Source of the DNA: a virus
Direction: 5' to 3' (one strand)
DNA length: 64,000 nt
IMG/VR virus record: IMGVR_UViG_2784746786_000001
Location: 9,339-73,338 of that record
Positions 38,192 to 45,498 of this stretch are shown here, in pieces (positions within the stretch are counted from its first letter, which is position 1; every line of letters begins with the position of its first letter). The position numbers and the translations under genes are program-made. The notes under the pieces were generated by a model. It had not been told where the DNA came from and did not search any database. It saw only the letters and a list, made by a program, of their open reading frames with translations.

Positions 38192-38563
38192 GTGAATGAT
38201 AGGACTAAAAAAATTCTGGTGGCTATTGTTGTTGCTGTTATTGTCTGTGCCGCAGCTTTCCTTTGCAGCCGAAGCAGAGCCGATGTACCAGATAACGGAA
38301 ACCGAGCTGATGACGCTCGAGAACAACTTGAACGAGCTAGACTCAATCAACAAGCAGCAGAAGGACAGCTTGATGAAGCTTCAGACACAGCTAAAGACCT
38401 CGGAGGAGAGATTACAGGCATCCGAGAAGAAGTCCATGAAGCTCGAATTACAGCTGACGGGATTAAAGAAGACAATGACCGAGCAGGACGGCTTATTACA
38501 GAATGCCGAGAAATCCTTGAACGAGTCCATCGCCGAGGAGAAAGCCAAGCAGGCGAGAACTAA
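38192..38563 (+). CDS. Candidate inner-membrane spanin-like protein (N-terminal TM plus coiled coil)
   Basis: GTG start (38183 or 38192) with GAGGTG RBS; KKILVAIVVAVIVCAAAFLC followed by a heptad-rich region. Confidence 0.6.
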   Translation: MNDRTKKILVAIVVAVIVCAAAFLCSRSRADVPDNGNRADDAREQLERARLNQQAAEGQLDEASDTAKDLGGEITGIREEVHEARITADGIKEDNDRAGRLITECREILERVHRRGESQAGEN

Positions 38564-38627
38564 GCGTGAGAGAAACTTAGCGTATGGAATTTTAGGAATC
38601 TTGCTGTACGCCTATATACAGAAATGA
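38196..38627 (+). CDS. Overlapping-frame partner: signal peptide, coiled coil, C-terminal hydrophobic anchor
   Basis: MIGLKKFWWLLLLLLLSVPQLSFA-AE; ends NLAYGILGILLYAYIQK; followed by a terminator. Confidence 0.6.
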   Translation: MIGLKKFWWLLLLLLLSVPQLSFAAEAEPMYQITETELMTLENNLNELDSINKQQKDSLMKLQTQLKTSEERLQASEKKSMKLELQLTGLKKTMTEQDGLLQNAEKSLNESIAEEKAKQARTKRERNLAYGILGILLYAYIQK

Positions 38628-38629
38628 TA

Positions 38630-38678
38630 ATGGCTCGTGCCTTGAGAAGTAAATTCTTGAGGTACGAGCCATATTTTT
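38630..38678 (+). terminator. Terminator of the lysis operon
   Basis: ATGGCTCGTGCCTT...AGGTACGAGCCAT stem followed by TTTTT. Confidence 0.8.
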
Positions 38679-38684
38679 ATTTAA

Positions 38685-39080
38685 GGAATTGCTGATAAAT
38701 CAACAGTTTCCAATCATTGATTTATCCACAAGTCGATTTTTGAAATTAACTTGCATTAAATTCATTAATCGATGCTTTGGGCACATCCATTCTCCGGCCT
38801 TTCTGATTTAGGGAGGTATTTCCCTAAATCTAGACAAACCTATCCAAGGACTGCACCAAATTCTTTCTGTCGTCCAGCCCTTATGCACAGTACCAGATTT
38901 GCTGAAGCAAACAACAGTTGAAACATCTGGTAGTTCTTTTTCAATCCACGGTATTTTGTTTTCCTGCATTTGAAAAAATTCTTTATGATGTGGAATGGAT
39001 GCTCTACTTTACAACGTATGGAAGATTTTTCATGCTCAATCAGTTTATCCCAGTTCATCCCTTCATAAATTTCTGTCAAG
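38685..39080 (-). mobile_element. IS5-family remnant (3' transposase fragment and right end)
   Basis: SSIRCKVEHPFHIIKNFFKCRKTKYRGLKKN; end sequence TTTATCAGCAATTCC next to TTAA. Confidence 0.75.
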
Positions 39081-39412
39081 TGATTCTGGGACGGACGCTT
39101 GGCAACGCGAAAATCTACGCAGTATGATCCGAAAATTCTTGGCAAAAATGGTATAGTCGACCCATTGTCGCTTGCTATAGCGTTGCAGGATTCAGCAGAT
39201 GAGAGAGTAGAGCAGGTAATCGACGAGATGTTGACGAAGGTTTTTGGGGGAAAAAATTAAGATGGTAGGTGGATTTACCAGATTTAAATAGTGGTTCAAG
39301 GGTTTTGAAGAAGAATGAGATTATTGATATGAAACAGCTCGGTTTGCGTGGGATGACAAAAGACGATGCGCTGCTAATATACAAAAAGTTGTACACACCT
39401 AGTATCGGATAG
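39081..39412 (+). pseudogene. Remnants of a probable type IV TA-like pair (regulator C-terminus plus internally deleted nucleotidyltransferase-like gene)
   Basis: YDPKILGKNGIVDPLSLAIALQDSADERVEQVIDEML*, then MVGGFTRFK*WFKGFEE joined out of frame to IDMKQLGLRGMTKDDAL. Family recognised from memory only. Confidence 0.4.
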
Positions 39413-39428
39413 AATACAGAAATGAATG

Positions 39429-39473
39429 AAGCCGGAGCACTGGAGGATTGATTCCTCGGTGCTCCGGCTTTTT
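39429..39473. terminator. Strong hairpin terminator between convergent units
   Basis: AAGCCGGAGCAC..GAGGA-TTGAT-TCCTC..GTGCTCCGGCTT followed by TTT. Confidence 0.8.
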
Positions 39474-39477
39474 GCGT

Positions 39478-40002
39478 TTATAGCAGGTCAGGGAACTCCT
39501 GACGTAAGGTTTTTCTGGCCTTTTCTAATCGAGATAAAAGTGTCGTGCGGGGAATACCGAGCTGCTTGGCTATGGCAGTATCGCTTATGCCACTCTCCTG
39601 CGCGATGATGATATCGTGGCCACCAGGTAAAAGCTCGTCCAAACGCTGGAATAACTCTTGTAGCAAAATAGAATCTATGGCCTGGTCGATAGTAGCCGTG
39701 CTGCTTTCAGTGCTGAGTGTGTCGAGCAGAGTTGGCGTTTCGCCATCAATGCCTTGATACTCATAGTTTAGAGAAAGGCAATTCCCAGCGCGATGAAATT
39801 CACAGCTAAGGCAATCGCTATCACATAGCCACCATTTCTGGCGAGTGCATACGCATTGTCCTTGGTCTTGCATCTTTTTGCGGACGGTTCTGTTGGAATT
39901 GACGAAGTAGCGATATACTTCCTTCGAGACTACATTCCAGGTACGGGATGGTTTGTCATAGATACGGGGTACGTCTTGAGTCTGAGTGTCGTTGGTTTTC
40001 AT
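39478..40002 (-). CDS. Sigma-70 region-4-like (ECF-type) phage transcription factor with Cys cluster
   Basis: CVC...C..DC..CEF, then C-terminal HTH ISDTAIAKQLGIPRTTLLSRLEKARKTL. Confidence 0.75.
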   Translation of the reverse strand: MKTNDTQTQDVPRIYDKPSRTWNVVSKEVYRYFVNSNRTVRKKMQDQGQCVCTRQKWWLCDSDCLSCEFHRAGNCLSLNYEYQGIDGETPTLLDTLSTESSTATIDQAIDSILLQELFQRLDELLPGGHDIIIAQESGISDTAIAKQLGIPRTTLLSRLEKARKTLRQEFPDLL

Positions 40003-40206
40003 TAGATTGTCTCCTTCCGGCTTTTAAGCCGAAGCGGAGACAACCTGCATTGCTGCCAGATATATTGTTCATACGTTGGTCACCTCATACGGATTGCTCC
40101 GCCTCAAATTGGTGACCAGCCGTTCGTTAAGCTGGCACTGTATATTCAATTTCTTCCATCCATCAGCTACGAACACACTACCCGGCCGGGATAATAGTGA
40201 GCTGAT
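40003..40206 (-). ncRNA. Candidate structured cis-regulatory leader of the sigma-like gene
   Basis: Several nested stems, including a GCAA tetraloop hairpin and a stem (TTGTCTCC/GGAGACAA) that sequesters the RBS. Confidence 0.5.
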
Positions 40207-40430
40207 TTCAGGAAAAGTAGTTTTATGCCTTGCTTAGGGCGGAATAATTTTTGTTTAGATAAGTCTTACCTGTTAGTACATTTAGATTGTAGTTCAAACA
40301 TTAGGCATAAGCTAACGAGTCTTGTGACTATATATATTCTTGAAGAAGTAGGCGCAAATACTGGTAAAATAAAAGCATTCGTAGTAGAATGTTGTTATGC
40401 ACATAAGCATATTTTATTCGAATTGAGAAT

Positions 40431-41051
40431 ATGGAGAACGATGTGGCGATGGAACTAGATATTTTAAAGGAACGTTTGCGAGAAACTTTTGGTGATGATT
40501 CGCAAGAAATAGTGGGTGGAAAACTAAATATGACCCAGGGTAATGTGAGTAGATTGCTATCTGGCTCTCAACAGCCGACTCCGGATACGCTCTATCGAAT
40601 TGCCGAAGTATATGAGGTATCCATCGACTGGCTAATGGGGCTGTCAAATAATAAGAAAAGAGCCACAGCAAAAGAAAAAACTTCTTATGCTGTGGCAGTT
40701 GAAATGCTAATGCAGTTGTACCAGCATGGTAGTAATATTGAATTTAAGAGTTCTGGCTACGAGCTAAAGCTCAGTATTAAGGATCCGCTTTTAAAGGCCT
40801 TACTAAAAAAGAGCATTACACTCTCGAAAACTGACAAGGAGTTATACCAGAGCTGGAAAGAAATGAAGCTTTCTCTTTTTAATGATAAGTCGCTGGTTTA
40901 TCAAAAAATGTGGCAGGATAATGATGTTGGCTTTCTAGCAGGAGAAGCTACTGCAGAAGCACATTGGCTTGAAGTATATAATTTAGCAAAGGCTAAGGAA
41001 GCAGAATATGCTGAAATGATGGGCGATGCCCCTGGCCCGTTTGGAGGTTGA
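40431..41051 (+). CDS. XRE-family HTH protein 1
   Basis: SQEIVGGKLNMTQGNVSRLLSGSQQPTPDTLYRIAEVYEVSIDWLMG. Confidence 0.85.
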   Translation: MENDVAMELDILKERLRETFGDDSQEIVGGKLNMTQGNVSRLLSGSQQPTPDTLYRIAEVYEVSIDWLMGLSNNKKRATAKEKTSYAVAVEMLMQLYQHGSNIEFKSSGYELKLSIKDPLLKALLKKSITLSKTDKELYQSWKEMKLSLFNDKSLVYQKMWQDNDVGFLAGEATAEAHWLEVYNLAKAKEAEYAEMMGDAPGPFGG

Positions 41052-41055
41052 TATT

Positions 41056-41754
41056 TTGGATGATCTTAGACAAATAATAAAAGATCGCCTATCAAAAACC
41101 TTTAGCGGGAATACTCAGGAAGTGACTGCACGTAAGCTGAACACAACACAAGGAAATGTGAGTAAATGGGTTAACGGTACTCAGATTCCGACCCCAGATA
41201 TGCTGCTGGAAATTTCTAAAGCATATAAGGTCTCGGTGGACTGGTTGCTGGGTATCAGTGAACAACGAGAGATCGATGGTCTCGTTGTTGAAAAACTAAC
41301 ATATGAGCATATCGCGAGGGTTTTAGATAAACTGATTGAAAACAATACAATTGAAATACCAGATCTGGTTGTGATGGCGAACGAGAATGGCCTCAGTTCT
41401 ATTGCAGAAGATGATGTCGAAGATGAAGAAGAATCTATCACAAAGGAATCAGTATTCGATCCTGATTACATAAAAATTAAGGACCGACTGCTTTCCTACA
41501 TAATGCGAAGGCGTTATAAACTTGCATCAATTGATTTGGAAATGTTCGATGAGTGGAAGGAAAAACTGAATAATTTTCAGGGACTAAGGCTTCTTGCTTA
41601 TAACGAAAAAGTGGAAGCGGCAATCGATTATAAAAGTCCAGCGCAATTTAAAGATGGTGATTGGGTTGAACTGGTACGTTATTTATCGACAATGACAACA
41701 GAAGAGTTACATCAACTCGTAGAAGAATTAAAGAAAAAGGATGGGACAAACTAA
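41056..41754 (+). CDS. XRE-family HTH protein 2
   Basis: TQEVTARKLNTTQGNVSKWVNGTQIPTPDMLLEISKAYKVSVDWLLG; TTG start with GGAGG RBS. Confidence 0.85.
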   Translation: MDDLRQIIKDRLSKTFSGNTQEVTARKLNTTQGNVSKWVNGTQIPTPDMLLEISKAYKVSVDWLLGISEQREIDGLVVEKLTYEHIARVLDKLIENNTIEIPDLVVMANENGLSSIAEDDVEDEEESITKESVFDPDYIKIKDRLLSYIMRRRYKLASIDLEMFDEWKEKLNNFQGLRLLAYNEKVEAAIDYKSPAQFKDGDWVELVRYLSTMTTEELHQLVEELKKKDGTN

Positions 41755-43277
41755 TGGCAGAAAAGAATACAGCCGACATCGGTTTTGAAAAAGAAATATG
41801 GGATGCGGCCTGTGTACTTAGAGGAAATATGGATGCATCAGAATACAAGAACGTTATCCTTGGCCTTATTTTCTTAAAGTACATTTCCGATAGCTTTGAA
41901 AGTAGATACCAAGAGTTACTTAATGAAGGCGATGGGTTTGAGGAAGATAGAGATGAGTATACTTACAAGAATATTTTCTTTGTTCCAACAGGTGCTCGCT
42001 GGAAAGATATTGCAGATAAAGCGCATACTCCTGAAATTGGAACAACTATCGACAATGCAATGATTGCTATAGAATCTGAAAACAAAAAATTAAAAGGAAT
42101 TCTACCTAAGAATTTTGCTCGTCCCGAATTAGATAAGAGAAGACTAGGAGAAGTCGTTGATTTGTTCACCAATGTTCAAATGGCAGATGGTGCGGACGAG
42201 AAAGATTTACTTGGTAGAACTTATGAATATTGTCTTCGTAACTTTGCTGAACAGGAGGGGAAAAATGCTGGACAATTCTATACACCATCCTGTGTTGTAA
42301 GAACCATTGTTGAAATCCTACAGCCATTCAATGGTCGTGTATATGATCCTTGCTGTGGAGCTGGCGGTATGTTTGTTCAGTCTGCAGGGTTTGTAAAGAA
42401 TCATCAGGGTAATATTAATGACATTTCTGTTTATGGTCAGGAGTCAAATCCTACCACATGGAAGATGGCAAAGATGAATCTTGCAATAAGAGGAATAGAT
42501 TGTAATTTAGGTGAAATTCCAGACGATACCTTTTTAAATGACCAGCATCCAACAATGCGTGCCGATTTTGTGATGGCAAATCCACCATTCAATCTAACTC
42601 CTTGGGGAGCTGACAAATTAAAAGAGGATCAACGCTGGAAGTATGGAATGCCACCAGCAGGAAATGCCAACTTTGCATGGATTCAGCATATGATTTGGCA
42701 TTTATCACCAAACGGAAAGATGGGCATGGTCCTTGCAAATGGATCACTTTCATCTCAAACGGGTGGAGAGGGAGAAATTAGAAAAAATATCATTGATGCC
42801 AATCTTGTTGAATGCATCATTTCCCTTCCAGACAAATTATTCTACACGACTGGTATCCCAGTTAGCCTTTGGTTTATTAACAAAAATAAAAAGCATCAAG
42901 ATCAGACATTATTCATTGATGCACGAAATATGGGTACTATGGTAACTAGAGCTTTACGTGAGTTAACGGATGGTTCGGATGATCCTCAGAATAACGATAT
43001 AAAAAAGATTGCCGATACCTATGCAGCGTTTATTGAGGGGACTTTAGAAAACGTCTCTGGTTATTGTGCAGTGGTAACGACTGAGAAAATTGCCTCTCAG
43101 GATTATATACTTACACCAGGACGTTATGTTGGAATTGAAGAACAGGAAGACGACGGAGAGCCGTTTGATGAAAAGATGACGAGACTCACAGCTGAACTGT
43201 CAGGAATGTTTGAAAAATCCCATGAACTTGAGGCTGAGATTAAAAAGAAGCTGGGGGCAATTGGGTATGAAATATAA
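41754..43277 (+). CDS. hsdM: Type I R-M methyltransferase subunit
   Basis: LIFLKYISD, GQFYTP, DPCCGAGGMF, NPPF and LTPGRYVG motifs. Confidence 0.95.
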   Translation: MAEKNTADIGFEKEIWDAACVLRGNMDASEYKNVILGLIFLKYISDSFESRYQELLNEGDGFEEDRDEYTYKNIFFVPTGARWKDIADKAHTPEIGTTIDNAMIAIESENKKLKGILPKNFARPELDKRRLGEVVDLFTNVQMADGADEKDLLGRTYEYCLRNFAEQEGKNAGQFYTPSCVVRTIVEILQPFNGRVYDPCCGAGGMFVQSAGFVKNHQGNINDISVYGQESNPTTWKMAKMNLAIRGIDCNLGEIPDDTFLNDQHPTMRADFVMANPPFNLTPWGADKLKEDQRWKYGMPPAGNANFAWIQHMIWHLSPNGKMGMVLANGSLSSQTGGEGEIRKNIIDANLVECIISLPDKLFYTTGIPVSLWFINKNKKHQDQTLFIDARNMGTMVTRALRELTDGSDDPQNNDIKKIADTYAAFIEGTLENVSGYCAVVTTEKIASQDYILTPGRYVGIEEQEDDGEPFDEKMTRLTAELSGMFEKSHELEAEIKKKLGAIGYEI

Positions 43278-43307
43278 GCTTTCAGCTATTTGCCATTATG
43301 TAAAGGG
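43267..43307 (+). pseudogene. hsdS: 5' stub of an hsdS copy truncated at the IS3 junction
   Basis: ATG overlapping the hsdM end, MKYKLSAICHYVKG, then an abrupt switch to IS3 sequence. Confidence 0.5.
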
Positions 43308-43780
43308 TATGTTAGAGTAAACTACAAATGGAATTACGTGTGTGTGTTGGTAGATTTATTTAACCGTGAAATTATTGGTTATAGTGCTGGCGTGCATAAA
43401 AACGCTCAATTGGTATATGATGCCTTTGCAACAGTAAAAACAGATTTGCGAAAAATCCAAATGTTTCACTCGGACAGAGGAAGTGAGTTTAAAAATGAAT
43501 TGCTTGAAAAAGTAATCACTACATTTGAAATTAAACGATCTTTGAGTATGAAGGGGTGTCCGTATGACAATGCTGTTGCCGAGGCGACATTCAAAATATT
43601 TAAAACGGAATTTGTTTATGGACGCAATTTCGACAGTTTAAGCCAGTTGCGGTACGAATTAAAGAGTTATGTGAAATGGTTTAACAATAATAGAATTCAT
43701 GGATCATTAAATTATATGACTCCGGTGGAATTTAGAAAATTGACCTTATAAAAAGTGTCCGACAAAGTGTTGACAATCCA
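43308..43780 (+). mobile_element. IS3-family remnant (3' rve domain and right inverted repeat)
   Basis: YVCVLVDLFNREIIG, FHSDRGSEF, GCPYDNAVAE and NRIHGSLNYMTP motifs; ends ...GTGTTGACAATCCA. Confidence 0.88.
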
Positions 43781-44236
43781 GATCTTTTATCATCAACGGG
43801 TATGAGAGTTGGTGAGCTGGTTTTACTTAATCGAGAAGATATTGATTTCAATGAACGAGAATGCATTGTTCTAGGTAAAGGTGACAAAGAGCGAATAGTA
43901 TACTTCGATGCAAGGACTAAACTTCATCTGCAGGAATATTTGAAAAGCAGATCAGATACTAATCCGGCATTATTCGTTGGATTGAGAGCTCCGAATGAAC
44001 GACTTGAAATTGGTGGCGTTGAAGTCAGAATTCGTAAACTTGGAAGAAGTATTGGTATTAAGAAATGTCATCCTCATAAGTTCAGAAGAACGATGGCGAC
44101 AGTAGCAATAGACAAAGGAATGCCTATTGAGCAAGTGCAGAAGCTCTTAGGGCATGAGAAGATAGATACAACTCTTCACTATGCGATGGTGAAGCAGAGT
44201 AACGTTAAGAATGCACATAGAAAATATATTGGGTAG
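43781..44236 (+). pseudogene. Tyrosine recombinase of the hsdS locus, 5'-truncated
   Basis: STGMRVGE, GKGDKER, HPHKFRRT and LLGHEKIDTTLHY present; N-terminal domain missing at the IS end. Confidence 0.8.
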
Positions 44237-44241
44237 GTGAT

Positions 44242-45441
44242 TTGATGATAAATTGGAAAGAAACTAGAGTTGGCGATATTGGAAAAGTAATTACGGGAAA
44301 AACGCCTAAAACTAGTATAGATGAAAATTATGGTGGCGATATTCCATTTATAACTCCATCTGATGATATGACGACAAAATATATCTTCACTACAAATAAA
44401 AAATTAACCGAAATGGGTGCGCAATCAGTTAAAAATAATATAATACCTCCAAATACAATTTGTGTAAGTTGTATTGGTTCAGATTTAGGAAAAGTCGTTA
44501 TTTCAACTGAAACATCAGTAACAAATCAGCAAATAAACTCTATAGTTTTAAATGAAAATGAATATGATTTAGATTTTATATATTATGTTATGACAAGTTT
44601 AGGTAAAGTGATGAATCATCACAGTAAAACATCTACAGCAGTGCCGATTGTGAATAAAACCCAATTTTCAGATTATACTTTTATGTGTCCTGATTTGATT
44701 ACACAGAAAAAAATTGGTGGAGTACTCGCTAGTTTAGATGATAAAATTTCTAACAACAGATCGATAAATAGGAATTTAGCAGAGCAGGCAGCCACATTGT
44801 TTCAGGCGTGGTTCGTAAAATTCGAGCCTTATGGCGGGTCAATGCCTGATAACTGGTCTGAAGGCAATCTCGGGCAAATTGCTGAGCTTAAAACAAGAAG
44901 TTTTTCACCTGCAAAAAATCCTGACGTTACTCTTGAACATTACAGTATTCCGTCTTATGACGAGAAACATTTCCCAGTATTTGAGATTGCCTCTGGCGTA
45001 AAAAGTAACAAGTATGTTTTGACGCCATCCTCCGTAATGATTTCAAAACTGAATCCTGATACAAAGCGTATATGGAGACCTCTTTGCCTTACGAGCCATG
45101 CAGTGTGTTCTACTGAGTTCATGGTTTATGAAGCAATCAATCCAGAACATAAAGATTATGTTTATTCAATAATAGATGATCCTATGTTCAGTGCCTTTTT
45201 ATGTGCTCATACAACCGGTTCCACCAACAGTCGTCAGCGTGCTACGCCAAGCGTAACTTTGACTTATCCTGTTCTAATTCCGCCAGACGATGTAATAAAT
45301 GAATTCTGTTCTATTGTGTCGCCAATGTATGATCTCATAGGTGCTAACACTTTAGAAAATCAGAAGCTTGCAAACACTCGTGATTCTCTACTTCCAAAGT
45401 TGATGTCGGGAGAATTGAATGTCTCAGGAATAATATCTTAG
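44242..45441 (+). CDS. hsdS: Type I R-M specificity subunit (two TRDs)
   Basis: VITGKTP, TNQQINSI, LDDKISNNR..NLAEQA and RDSLLPKLMSGE motifs. Confidence 0.92.
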   Translation: MMINWKETRVGDIGKVITGKTPKTSIDENYGGDIPFITPSDDMTTKYIFTTNKKLTEMGAQSVKNNIIPPNTICVSCIGSDLGKVVISTETSVTNQQINSIVLNENEYDLDFIYYVMTSLGKVMNHHSKTSTAVPIVNKTQFSDYTFMCPDLITQKKIGGVLASLDDKISNNRSINRNLAEQAATLFQAWFVKFEPYGGSMPDNWSEGNLGQIAELKTRSFSPAKNPDVTLEHYSIPSYDEKHFPVFEIASGVKSNKYVLTPSSVMISKLNPDTKRIWRPLCLTSHAVCSTEFMVYEAINPEHKDYVYSIIDDPMFSAFLCAHTTGSTNSRQRATPSVTLTYPVLIPPDDVINEFCSIVSPMYDLIGANTLENQKLANTRDSLLPKLMSGELNVSGIIS

Positions 45442-45498
45442 GCCGCTAAATTCTTGTTTTTTATAAAATTTTAACGCCCTTAAGGAGGTGCATAAAGA

